NCBI GenBank assembly: GCA_025594325.1
Contig: JANHCV010000002.1
Location: forward strand, 620,001 to 684,000
DNA length: 64,000 nucleotides
Direction of reading: 5' to 3'
Source of the DNA: Blastocladiella emersonii ATCC 22665
Lineage: Eukaryota > Fungi > Blastocladiomycota
Numbering within the stretch: position 1 is the first letter of the stretch; the number at the start of each line of letters is the position of its first letter. Under the pieces are notes generated by a model. That model saw only the letters and a list, made by a program, of their open reading frames with translations, ran no database searches and was not told the DNA's origin. Shown piece by piece: positions 8,694 to 20,400 of this stretch. Both the position numbers and the translations under genes were made by a program.

Positions 8694-11600
8694 TCATCGC
8701 CGCTCCTCGGCCCGCGCGTGCGCGTCGAGCGACGCCTCGTACAGGTACTTGAGCGCGGCGACCGCGGCCGCGTACCCGTGCGGGTCGACGCTGGGCCACC
8801 CGCCGAACCGGGCGCGCGCCGCGAAGCCCTCGCGCACGCGCTGCCACGCCGTCGCGAGCGTGTCGGCGGTCGCCACGGGCGCGTCGGCGACGCGTCGACC
8901 ACCGCGCCCGGGCCACCGCTGCCGCGCGTGGACCTCGAGCGCGCCGACGCGGTCCGCGTCAAGCCTATTGTCCCCGTCGCTACCGCCAACGATCCGCCGC
9001 TGCGCGACCGCCAGCATGGCCGTGACCTCGGCGAGCGGCATGGGCCCGTTACCGGGCGCGGGGCGGTAGTAGTGGAGGTAGTCGGCGAGCAGCGACGGCG
9101 CGAGTGCCGGGTGCGCGGTCTCCATGATCCGCACCGCGGCCGCGTACTTTGTCTCGGCGCCGACGAGCCCCGCGTCGGTCTCGGCCACGAACCGCGTGAG
9201 CCGGTGCACCGGGTTGCGCCGCCGCGCGAGCCCGAGGTCGCTCCGGCTGCCGTCCGGTTCGGCATCGGCGGCGACGGGCGACCGCGCGAGAATGTACTCG
9301 ACGAGCGCCCGCGTCCCGACGCGCCCGTACTCGCGCGTCTCGGCACTCCGACTCTCTCGCGCGCGCACGAGCGCCCGCGTCAGGTACCCGGCGAGGTACA
9401 CGGGGACCTCGGGCGGGGCGCGTTCGAGGATCGCGACGGCGGTGCGCACGAGCCCGGCGATCCGGTCGCCCGCAACATCCCCACTCCCTCCCGCGCGGGC
9501 GCCCGGGGCGCGGTACACCCACTTATCGAGCCGGTGATCCGCCGCGGTATGCACGGCCATGGCGAGCGACGTAGCGAACACGGGGTCGGCGATGAGCTCG
9601 GGCCGCGCGGCGAGGACCGCGTCGGCCTCGCGCGCCCGACCCGTGTACAGGAGGCCCTGGACGCCGAACAGGTGCGACCACGAGTTGAGCGGCATATTGG
9701 CCGCGGCGGCCGCCGCGTACGCGTCCGCGACGCGCGCCCACCGCCCGTGGCGGATATCCGCGAGCATCGCCGTGTTGAGGGTCACCGTGTCCATGTCGCC
9801 GAGCCGGCCGGGCGCTGCGAGGTCTGCGAAGTACGCCGTGTCGCGCTCGTCGCCGCGGTTTCCCAGCCCGCCAATCCGCGACCGCCGGTCGCGCGCGTTC
9901 CGGCCCGCGCCCGGGTCGAGGTGCAGCTCGCCGCGGTACATGCGGCCCAACAGCTCCTCGGCCTGCGCGTCGAGCCCGAGCCGCAGGTACCCGTGGATCA
10001 GCGCGTTGTAGACGTCGGCGTCGACGGGGATCGCGTGCGCGTCGATCGCCTGCATCACGCGCGCCATGCGGTCGACGCGCCCGCGGACGCCCAGCGAGCC
10101 GAGGTTCCCCAACGAGTCGCGCGAGTAGGCGCGCAGGAGGACCGTGCACGGGCTCGGCGCGCGCGGCGCGGGGGACGCGAGGTACTCGTCGAACGCGGCC
10201 TCAGCACCCGCGAGATCGCCGTCGCGCGCGAGCACGCCCATGAGGATCGAGTACGACGCGGCGTCGCGCATCGCCGCGGGGAGCGAGTGGAACAGGTCGC
10301 GGACGGCGTCGCCGTTCCCGTCGGCGGCCCACGCGCGCATCGCCGCGTTGAGGAACGGGGTGTCGTACGCGAGCGCGTGGCGCTGCGCGAAATCGAGGAC
10401 GGTCGGGACCAGCCGCGTGTGGCCGTGCGCGACGAGCGCGTTGAGCACGCGCGTCAGCGTCCGTGCGCTCGGCTTGTACTTGTGCTTGCGCCCGAGGGAC
10501 GACGGCATCTCGTCCAGCAGCGCGACCGCCGCGTCCGGGCGTGAGGCGAGCGTGCCCTCGACCGCCGTCATGTACACGGCCAGGTTCAGGTCCGGGAACC
10601 GGTCGCCGTACGCGGCCAGGATCGCGCCGACCGCGTCGTGGTCGTTGCTTGGGGGAGTCGGGTACGTCTCGATGTCGGGACGGCGCCGCTCGAGCTCCGG
10701 CACCGCGCCGAGCTCGCGCATGCGGGCCCACCACGCGGCGAAGTCGGCCATCCCGCCGGCGCCCGTCTTCTCGCCGCCGCACCGGTGCATGCCCGGGTCG
10801 CGGCGCTTGTGGAGCAGGAGCCCGCGCCAGAACAGCGCGCTGCGTGCGTTCCACCAGAACGTCTGGCTGACCTCGACCTGCGCGCGCATGCGCTGGAGGA
10901 GCCAGGTCGCGTCGTCGGCGCGGCCCGTCGTCAGGAGCGCCGCGATCAGCTGCCCCGCGAACCGGTCGGTGCGGTGGTGCTCAGTCGCGACGACGTGGGT
11001 GCGGAACACGTGGAAGAACTGGTCGAACCGCTTGTCCTCGAGGAGCGCGGCCGTGACGCCGAACAGGGAGCGGGGCGGGAGCGGCGAGTGCCGAGTGAGC
11101 GGCACCTGCTCGACGAAGTGGTACGCGCGCAGCGGTTGCCGGACCGCGACCAGGTGGTCCAGGATCGACGCGTACACGACCTTCGGGACGGGCAGCGACC
11201 GGTCGTGGCACTGCTCGACCAGGTACTGCAGCCGCGACAGGTAGATGGGCGCGTCGGCGCCTGGGCCCTGGCCCGTGATCGGGCTCCACCCGATCGATGA
11301 GCAGGTGCTCGGCGCGCGGCCCACGAGCGACGCGCTCGCGGCAGCGGCGAGCGTGAGCTGGATCGACGACGAGGGCGGCGGTGGTGGTGGTTGCGCGGGC
11401 ACGGGCCTTGGCGGCGAAGGCGGCGGCACCGCAGACTCCGACACCGGCGTGCGGTCCATGAGCCCGACGTCGGACCGGACGCGCGAGCACGACAGAAACA
11501 AAATGTCAAGTGTCTCGGTGAGCATGGTGAGGGTCTGCGACGACACGGCCGACCACGCGTTGCCGCGGGCGTTGAGCTGCAGGTAGTGGTCCCACACCTG

Positions 11601-12314
11601 CTCGGCAAGCGCGACCAGGTGCTCGGGCAGGTGCTCGTACGCCGGGATCCGCAGCGTCGACAGACGCCGCATCTCCCAGTACAGCGACGTCACGGACTGC
11701 ATGAAGGCGTCGGCCTCGGGCGAGGCGCCGGGTGGTTGTTGGGCGAGGTGCTGGTGCTGCTGCCACACGGCCGCGTCCGAGTCGTCGCGCTGGTCAACGT
11801 CAAGGTCCGCGTTCGACCCGCCGTTCTCGAGCGCGGCCGTCGTCTGGTACCCGTTGGGTGCCGAGTGCGAGGACGACGAGGATGATGAGGACGAGCTGCC
11901 GCCACTACTTCCACCACCACCACTACCGCTACCCCCACCTTCAGATGGCGGGGGCGACGCGGTGGTCGAGTACTGGTGGTACGGGTGACCGAGTGCGGCA
12001 GGCCACACGGGCTTGGCCGTAGCCGAGCTCCCACCACTGCCCGGCGGCTGCGTCCCGGCTGACGAGGACGACAGCGTCGTGTACACGTGGTGGAGCATGG
12101 TCGGCGACAGCCGGTGCAGGCCGCGGCGCTGCACGGATGCCGTGGCCTCGATCCGCGCGTGGAGCGAGCACGACGACGTCGCCGAAGGTGGTGGCGAAGA
12201 GCGCGCTGCGGTGGTTGACGCGGCTCGCCGTGGAGGAGCGGTTCGTGGTGGCGCAGCAGGCACGGAGGCAGGAGGGCACGCGCTGCTTCGACTACCGGCG
12301 CGCGAGAGCATCAT
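8694..12314 (-). CDS. Pentatricopeptide-repeat (PPR)-like protein, intronless; the true start may be the ATG at 12098
   Basis: PPR-like units: DTPFLNAAMRAWAADGNGDAVRDLFHSL, DAASYSILMGVLARDGDLAGAEAAFDE, DADVYNALIHGYLRLGLDAQAEELLGRM, DTVTLNTAMLADIRHGRWARVADAY. Confidence 0.8.
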   Translation of the reverse strand: MMLSRAGSRSSACPPASVPAAPPRTAPPRRAASTTAARSSPPPSATSSCSLHARIEATASVQRRGLHRLSPTMLHHVYTTLSSSSAGTQPPGSGGSSATAKPVWPAALGHPYHQYSTTASPPPSEGGGSGSGGGGSSGGSSSSSSSSSSHSAPNGYQTTAALENGGSNADLDVDQRDDSDAAVWQQHQHLAQQPPGASPEADAFMQSVTSLYWEMRRLSTLRIPAYEHLPEHLVALAEQVWDHYLQLNARGNAWSAVSSQTLTMLTETLDILFLSCSRVRSDVGLMDRTPVSESAVPPPSPPRPVPAQPPPPPPSSSIQLTLAAAASASLVGRAPSTCSSIGWSPITGQGPGADAPIYLSRLQYLVEQCHDRSLPVPKVVYASILDHLVAVRQPLRAYHFVEQVPLTRHSPLPPRSLFGVTAALLEDKRFDQFFHVFRTHVVATEHHRTDRFAGQLIAALLTTGRADDATWLLQRMRAQVEVSQTFWWNARSALFWRGLLLHKRRDPGMHRCGGEKTGAGGMADFAAWWARMRELGAVPELERRRPDIETYPTPPSNDHDAVGAILAAYGDRFPDLNLAVYMTAVEGTLASRPDAAVALLDEMPSSLGRKHKYKPSARTLTRVLNALVAHGHTRLVPTVLDFAQRHALAYDTPFLNAAMRAWAADGNGDAVRDLFHSLPAAMRDAASYSILMGVLARDGDLAGAEAAFDEYLASPAPRAPSPCTVLLRAYSRDSLGNLGSLGVRGRVDRMARVMQAIDAHAIPVDADVYNALIHGYLRLGLDAQAEELLGRMYRGELHLDPGAGRNARDRRSRIGGLGNRGDERDTAYFADLAAPGRLGDMDTVTLNTAMLADIRHGRWARVADAYAAAAAANMPLNSWSHLFGVQGLLYTGRAREADAVLAARPELIADPVFATSLAMAVHTAADHRLDKWVYRAPGARAGGSGDVAGDRIAGLVRTAVAILERAPPEVPVYLAGYLTRALVRARESRSAETREYGRVGTRALVEYILARSPVAADAEPDGSRSDLGLARRRNPVHRLTRFVAETDAGLVGAETKYAAAVRIMETAHPALAPSLLADYLHYYRPAPGNGPMPLAEVTAMLAVAQRRIVGGSDGDNRLDADRVGALEVHARQRWPGRGGRRVADAPVATADTLATAWQRVREGFAARARFGGWPSVDPHGYAAAVAALKYLYEASLDAHARAEERR

Positions 12315-12889
12315 TGTCTACACGGTTGGCCTAGCGGGTCAGGACAGCTCATGGTCCCAAGTGGGGCGGGGTGACGGACCCTTGCAGCGGCAGCCGCGGC
12401 GGGTGCGGGTACTGCTGCTCGCAGTTTCATGGTGTTGTTGTCGGCTCACAGACGCGGGTATCGAGAGGTTGGCCGTGATGGTATTCTCGACGTCGAGCAC
12501 GCAAGCCGTCGTGCGTGCGGGAGCGCAGGAGCGCAGGAGCGCGGGATGGTGGCGGAGCGCGATCGGCGGGCCTCGATCACGGCGGCGCGCGGGCGATCCT
12601 TCTCGCTCTCTAAAGCTAAGTCGCGGAGCAGGGTGCGCCGGGTAGGTCGGTCGTCGGTGACGTCGTGGTTTCGTTGCTTGATGCGTCGGATCAGCAGTGG
12701 TGCATGAGTGCCGCGGCGGCGGCGGCAGAGAGTCGAGAGACAGAGACAACACGCGGCACGAGGCTCGGCCAACTCTACTTCGACGTCACACACCCGACCT
12801 GCCACACGCATCGAGGCCGCTGCTCCCCTCCCATCACCCCAAGAATCATCAAAATCGTGATTGCATTCACTCTCTCAGCGTATCCTGAT

Positions 12890-15800
12890 CTACGCGCGCA
12901 CCCGCCGCTTGACCTTGGGGCTCGGCGGAAAGTCGTCCTCGCCCTCGCTGTCCGAGAGGTCCGACGCGTTCTTCTCGCCGCCGGCCGTGGCCGTGCGTGC
13001 TGGCGGCGCCTCCTCGACCGGCGTGAGCACGGCCGCCGCGCGGTCCGTGTCCATGCCCATGGCCGTGTCCGAGTCGACAATCTCGTCCTCGGGCTCCTGC
13101 TCGTCGGCCGCCGCGGGCGCGCGGTCCTCGTCGCTGTCACTCGGCGCCGTCTCGAACAGCGACGCGCGCGGCCGGCCCGCGGTGCGCGCGCTGCGGCGGG
13201 TACCCTCGATGGGCGCCTTCTTGGGCTTGGGCGGCGCCTTGGCCTTCTTGGGCTTGGCTGCCGCCGCTGCGGGCGTGATGCGCGCACGCTTGCGCGACGC
13301 CGCGGCGCCCGAGACCGAGTCGGCGTCCGTATCCCCGTCGCCGTCGCTGTCGACGATCTCGTCCTCGATCTCCGAGTCCGCGTCCTCGTCGTCCGACGAC
13401 CCGCCGCCCGGGATTCCGACCGCGTCCCACGCCTCCTTGGCCTTGGCCTTCTTGGTCCCGGCGCGCTTACGCTTCTTACCGCCCGCCGCCGTGCCCGCCG
13501 CAGCGCGCGGCTTCCGCGCAGCCGCGGGCTTGCGCGTGAGCACGACCTCGCCCGTCGCTGCGTTGCCGGTCCCCGTCCCCGGCTCGTGCTTGAGGTTGGC
13601 CTTGCGGGCGAGCGTGCCGAGCAGCGGCTCGAGGACGTGCGCGCCCTGCAGCGACCGGTACAGGCGGCCGGCCTCGGTGATGGTGCTGAGCGCCACAAAC
13701 TCGCGCAGCACGCGCACCATGGGCTGCGCCTGCGCCGACGCCGCCGCGAGCTGCTCGGCGCGGGCGCGCATCGGCTCGTCCGTCGGCTGCTGCGACACGG
13801 ACACGGGCGCGGGTTCCTCGCCTTCGCCGGGCGCGGGCGTGTCCTCCTCCATGGCGTCGGGGTCGCGCTTGGTCACCGCCGCTACCGCGGCTGCCGCGGT
13901 CGCATCGGGCACCGGCGCGGGCTCGAACCGGCTGACGACCCACTGGGCGCCCTGCTCGAGGACGCGGTGCGCGCGCTGCGACTTGGTCTTCTTGCACGCG
14001 GCGCAGAGCTTGCGGGCGAGGGCAATGAACTTGTCGAGGGCGTTCTCGACGCCGGGCAGCTGGAACGCGCGCTGGAGCGACGTCAGGACAATGTCGTTGA
14101 CCACGTCGTCCGAGAGCACGGGCAGCAGCTCCTTGATCACCTGGATGCACATGGTCGTGACGCGGTCGCCGAGCCGCGCGTGCGCCGGGTCGCCCGACTG
14201 CGGGTGCACGCGCCCGTAGAACTGCAGCAGCGACGGCGCGTACACGGGGTCCATCTGCCGCGTGCACAGCAGCTTGGCCGTCTCGGTCACCAGGTGCGCC
14301 ACCATGTTCTCGGACGCGATTTGGGCGTCGGTCGGCAGCGCGGCGACCGAGGGCGCGGCCGCGTCCACGTCCATGGCGTCGTCGGCGCCGGTGCCGGTGG
14401 GCGCTGGTGGCGGGACCTCGGGCTCGATGCGCGCCTCGAGCGTGCGCACGAGGAGGCCCTCGAGCAGCGTGAGCGCGTCGTCCGACAGCGCCGGCGGCGG
14501 AAGCGAGACCGCATGCTCGGCGAGGAGGCTGGCGGCCTCGATCTTGAATGCGTCGCTGACCTCGTCGCTGGACGCGCTGAGGACGTCGACGCACCGCGCC
14601 TCGAGCAACGCGTCGTACTGCTCGCGGCGGAGTGCGAGCATCAGCTGGACCCGGAGCAGCACCGGCGTCACCTCGAGCGTCGGGTCCGAGAAGTCGGGCG
14701 GGGCCACGCCGAGCGTCGCGTCGTCGAGCTCGGCCGCGCCGGCCTCAACAGCGGCGGCAGGGACGGTGGGAACATCAGCGCTTTCACCCTCGCTGCCGTC
14801 GGCGGGGGTAGGTTGCACGGCGACAGGAGCGGGGACGGGGGTCGGCGGCTTGCCGATCGGGAACCGCTTGAGGACCGCGTGCCAGGTCTCGGGCGCGTCC
14901 ACGGAGCACTCGTCGATCAGAAGGCGGGCCTTGGGCGCGACCTCGGTGCGCAGCTCGGCGACGTCGTAGAGGACGTAGTGGAGTTCGACGACGGTGTCGC
15001 GAAGCCGCACGAGCGAGGTGCGGGTGAAGGCGTCGCGGGCCTCGTCGAGAATGCGCTTGAGCGCGTCGAGCGTGGCGGCCGACTGCGCCCACGCGGCGCC
15101 GGCGGCCGTGGCGATGCGGAGGAGCGGGATGAGGGCGTCGTCCTCGGCCTTGTACTTGGCGACCATTTTGGGCAGGTGCGCCACGAGGCCGGCGGCGACG
15201 GGCTCGCGCGCGGCGGCGAGCTCGGCGAAGATGAGCAGGATCAGGTGGTCGTGCTCGACGGCCGAGTCGGGCGCCTCGAACCGCGTCGCGACCGCGTGGT
15301 ACGTGTCAAAGTGCTCGAGCGGGTAGTGGCGGACGAGGTAGGTGATGGCGTGCTCGACGGCGATCGGGAAGCTCGTCGCGGCCGCGTCATGGTGGTAGAC
15401 CTTTTCGAGGAGGCCGGCGAGCCAGGTGACGAGATCGGGCCAGCTCATGAGGCGCACCTCCTCGAGGAGCACCTGCTGCAGGTACGGCGTGTGGGTGTCG
15501 AAGATGAGCGTGAGCAGGGGCATCACGTCCTCGTCCGTGTCGAGCAGCTGCGCCGTGTACGCCTGGGCGAGCGCGTGGGTGGCCTCGTGGCGCGCATCCA
15601 TGTCCTTGTCGGCGAGGGCAATGTCGACCATGCGCGACTTGAAGCGCTCAGTGAAGAGGCCGAGCTTGGACGTGAGCGACGGGTTGGCGTAGATGCGGGC
15701 GAGGCACGCGAGGTCCGTGGTGCGGACGGTGGCGTCGCCGTCGTTGAGCAGCCAGCCAAAGTAGCGCAGGTACGCGTTGTCGGCGTAGCGGTCGGGCACG

Positions 15801-16910
15801 CGCTCGATCCACGTCACGAGGGTCTCGAGGCACTCGCGGCGCACCGCCGGGTCAATGTCGTGGTACCGGTGCCCGAACACGCCGTCGTGGATGTCCTTCA
15901 TGGCCTCCTCGACCTTGTCCTCGTGCGGGTGGCCCTCGTTGGCAATGTGGTTGCACAGGCACACACTGAGGTGCAGGGCGAGCGACGTGGCCGTGTGGCG
16001 CAGCGGGCGCGCCGTCGACGTCGACATGGGCACGATCCAGCCGAGCAGGACCGAGAAGAGCGTGCCGTCCCACAGCGCGTCGGCGTTGGTGTGCAGCAGC
16101 TGCGTGAAAAAGTTGTAGAAGGCCGACAGCGCGTCCTTGGTCGTGCGGGTCTTGGCGATCAGCGGGTACGTGGTCATGGTGCCGGCCTCCTGCTGCAGCT
16201 CCTCGATGTAGTCGGGGAAGGCGTCCTGGTCCTCGAGCTGCGCTGCGTTGATGGAGCCCTCGCAGCCTGCCGCCTGGACGATGGGCGTGCGCGTCAGCAT
16301 CACGATGAGCGACAGGGTCATGGGAAACAAGTGAGCGCACCTTAATGATCATGTTGATGACGGCGAGCAGCGCGTCGGCGGGCTGGACGTGGTACGCCGT
16401 GAGCCACTGGCGGACGACAGCGGTCATGGCGATGCGCGGCGTCTTGACGGTGCCCCACAGGTCGGTGAGGTCGAGGTCGACGACGGGCTGCTTGACGCCG
16501 CGCGCCTTGCCAGCGGCACCCGCGGCGCGGCCGCCCTTGGGCTTGGCCTTGGCCTTGGGCGCGGGCGCCTTGAACAGCGAGGCGCCGGTGCGCGCAGCGG
16601 CGGGTTTCGCGGCGGCGGGGGCCTTCTTCTTGGCGGCAGCCGCCTTCGCCTTGCCACCGCGCTTGCCCTTCTTGGGCCCGGCGGCGGCGGCGTCGTCGTC
16701 GCTCTCGCTCAGGTCGGACAGGCTGTCGTCGGCGGCCTTGCCCTCCTCCTCCTCCTCCTCGGCGTCGCTCTGGCCCTCGCCCTCGTTCTCGGACGCGGAC
16801 GAGTCGCCGGCAGCAGCGGCCGCTGCAGCGCGCGCCTCCTGGGTCTGGCGGATGCGCGTGGACCGCCTCGTGGACGGGGCGGCCGCGGCCTCGGTATCGC
16901 TTGTTGACAT
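12890..16910 (-). CDS. SCC3: Cohesin subunit Scc3/STAG (Psc3/Irr1-like), 2 exons
   Basis: STAG-domain segment WIVPMSTSTARPLRHTAT and SCD segment GVFGHRYHDIDPAVRRECLETLVTWI...YLRYFGWLLND. A GT-AG intron at 16340-16274 joins ...MIIK to AAGCEG. Confidence 0.9.
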
Positions 16911-17481
16911 GGTAGTGGCGTGTCAGGCTGCAGTATGCGTTGCGTAGTTCTAGGTGCAGCAGGGCAGAGCGGGGGTCGGGTGGAGAGCGGGGATCGGCGG
17001 CCGCTCAAACGCGGACGGCCGGCCGCCAAACGCGCGTCGACTCACGGCCCCGAAATCCGCCGTCAGCTGATCTCACGCGCCCATGCGAGACGCGAGACAC
17101 GGACGCGTCGCGGCGCGTCCCCGGCAACCGCTGCGAACTCGCCCCTGCCCATCGCGTCCCTTCGTCACGGTGACCGATGGCGCGAAACCGCGCCTCCCAC
17201 TCGCCGCACGCGGCCGGCGCGGTCCAAATCCAGACTCGCCGCGGGAGACGTCGCCTCCGCCCCCACCCGCCGCGTCTCGTCTCGCGCCGACCCCAATCTG
17301 TGCTCGCCGCGTGTCTAAAGGGAGGCTGCCCACGTCTGAGGGACTCGTACCCCGAACTGATCACATCCCGCGCCACAGTACCCGCGGGCCGCGACCCCAT
17401 GCATTCCCCCCGCTGCGACAGACGCGCGCACATTCCTTCCTTGACTTCGAGAGCGCACCACTCCGGTGCTATGCTTGAGCC

Positions 17482-20400
17482 ATGAACGACGTTCCCGGAA
17501 TCCCGCCCGCGCCCGGCGGTGGCGGCGCCGCCACGCCCGGGCCGCGCAGCACCGTGCAGGGCCGCCGCGCCGACATCTCGACGGTCGTGCCCGTCAACGC
17601 GTTCGAGCAGACGCTCTTTTCGGTCGCCTACATCGTCACGCACGACAACGAGCACACGCCGATGCTGTCGTGGGTCCTGACGGTGCCTCGCGATCTGGAA
17701 CGCCGATTCAGGCTCCCCTGTCTCACACTGCACCCCGAATCCTATCGCACCTTGGTAGATCATCGAAGATATCCAGTTCCTAAGCTTCTCGTGGAATCTC
17801 CATTTGCATACCAATGGCATGCCGCCGGTCCTCGCCGCTGTCGTAGAGCCGACGCGCTTTCTCACCAGCTACTTTGGGTTCTCGGTCGTCAACATCATCG
17901 GTACGCTCCCTCCACTCACTCTCCTTCCCCCGGAAGCCCCCCTCACCCCCCCCCCTCCTCGTAGCTCTCGTCGGCGTCTTCACCGCCGTCGTCCTGATGG
18001 GCATCGTCTCCGTGCTGACGCATTACCAGCGCAAGATCGGGACTCCCGCGCTCCGGTTGCTCCGCATCCTGTGCACCCTGCTCTTCACCGCGCTCAGCAT
18101 CCCCATCCTGAACATGCTCCTGATCGGACTGCATTGCACGGGCGGAAACGTGCACGACTACGACATGCCGTGCGCGGGCCGCCACATGCCGCTGCTCGTC
18201 TTCGACGCCATCGGGCTATGCGTGTTCGTGCCGCTGATTCTCGTCGCGTCGCTCATTGTACGCGACTAGCGGTCCGCCGACCCTCGGCCCTCATCATCCC
18301 GCCCCACTCACTTTCCTCCTCGCGCGTGTAGTTCATCGAGAGTAGCCCCAAGGCATCGACCCCGCTCGCGCGCGCCCACGGGCGCACCGACTTCCTCGCC
18401 GTGATCCTGCGGATCGTGTTCGTCGCGCTCGACATCTTCAGCGCCGACCTCGGCTCCGGCGGCAAGTGGCTGCTCATGATCGCCGTCGTGCTCGGCCTCG
18501 CGTACCTCGGCCTCCAGCTGGTCCGCTCGCAGCCCTACTACGACGAGCGCATGACGTACATGCGGTTCGGGTTCACCATGGCCGCGTGGTCGTCCATGGT
18601 CGCGACCATCGTCGTGGTCGCGGTGGGGTCGCCCGACTACGGGTGGATCGCCGTGATCCCATCGGCGGCGCTCGGGTTCGGTCTCTCCGTGTTTGGCGCG
18701 CGCTACTACTCGGAGCGGTTCCTCGCGCGCACGATCCGCACCTGGCACCGCAACGTGCGCGCTGAGATCAAGGCCAACACCGCGTCCAACACGAGCGGAC
18801 TCGACGGGATCCCGTCCATGCTCATCAACCCGGTCGGGTTCGGCACCCTCTCCAAGCAGGCGGCCGGCATGCCCGGCGGCCCGCCCATCATCCGCGTGCC
18901 CGACGTCGTCTCCACGGCCCTCATGCCCGACTCGCCTTCCGAGACGCGCGAGGACGGTGGCGCGAGTGGTCTCCTCGGCCACATTCGCCTCCCGCCGCCA
19001 TCGCCGCGCGCGCCGCACTCGGGTTTGCTGCGCGGCATCCAGAGCGAGCCGCAGACGCCCCCGCGCAAGCTGCCGCCGACCATGTCGACGGCTTCGGTCA
19101 TGCTCGACCCCGAGGACACGGTGCTCAACAACCTGTTGCGCGGCACCTCGCTCGAGGCGCTGAACGCGGCCAGGGAGCGGCCGCCCAAGCGCCGGATCCG
19201 CGTGTTTGACTCGCCGCTGCAGGTCGAGTGCTGTACGTCGTCCCATGTCTCGGTCCCCTCGTCGACCAGTTCCGCTGACTCGAGAGTCTACTCCAGGCAT
19301 CCGCTTCATCCGCCGGAACCCGTCGGCCAAGCAGGTCTCGCTCGGTCTCCAGCTGCTCGAGCGCGGGCTCATCGAGTTCCCCAAGGACCCGCTCCTGACG
19401 CTGCTTGCGGCGACGTACCTCTCGGCATTCTACGGTACCGAGGGGGAGCGTGCGGCCTCCGTGCTCATGGGCGAGCTGCGCCAGTCGCGGAACGCGCCCA
19501 TGGACGTCAAGTTCCTCGTCTACGTGAGAGAAAAGTCTGCGCGCAGTCGCGGAATCAACCTGCTCGACAAGGTTCGGTTGGACTCGCTCGCGATTGAAGT
19601 TCGCAAGGTGCGCACCCATGTGGTTTGGTTTCCGGGGCGAGACACTTGACGCTGATGCTGACGCTGACCCGGCCCTGCTACAGTACCATCTTCGCGCCAT
19701 GTACGCGGTGCGCGACCTGTGGGAGGGGATCCGGACCTCGACCTCGCTCGAGTCGCTCTCGCAGATCATCGTGCGGCTCGCCAACGAGCAGTCGGGCTGT
19801 CGCAGCAACTACTTGCTGATGCTCGAGAAGAACCCAAGGGACAAGACGACGCTGCGCAGCTACGCCCAGTATCTGAGCTGCATCGAGGCCGACACGCTGC
19901 GCGCGACGCAGATCCTCGAGCTCGCCGACGATGGTACGTTTCCTCGCTGATGGCCGGATGCGGGCTGCCTTGCTGACACTCGTACGTGTAGTCGAGATGA
20001 GCGAGACGCGTGCGCGGACCAACATGGACACGGGCGTCAACAACAACTCGATCCCCGAGCTGCGCGGTACGGCCAACCTCGCCGGCCATAGGACGCCGCC
20101 ATCCGGCCTCATCTCGCCGCCGCCCGTCGACACCGTGACGATGCGGTTCATGCCCGGGTCGCCGTACACGATCCAGCCGTCCACGTCGCAGCCGGCGTCA
20201 TCCCCGTCCTCGCCGCCGCCCGTGCGATCGCCGGCCCGGCCCTCGGTCACGGAGCCCACCCCGCCGCTCCCGCTCAGTTCCGACAGTCTCGCGGTCAGCA
20301 GCCTCGACAGCTCGCCCGCGTCGGACGCGATGCCGGACCCGGCGCCGCGCCGGCCGTCCAAGAACCCGCCCGTCATCTTCAGCCGGCGCGCGAGCCGCGT

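Noticed and set aside
12665-16345. 1226-aa plus-strand ORF, and similar long antisense ORFs (8499-10544, 52584-56297, 54319-55890, 41363-42736, 7339-8523)
   Set aside because: These are shadow frames opposite real genes. High GC and C/G-ending codon bias suppress stop codons, and the translations are Arg/Gly/Ala-rich with no motifs.
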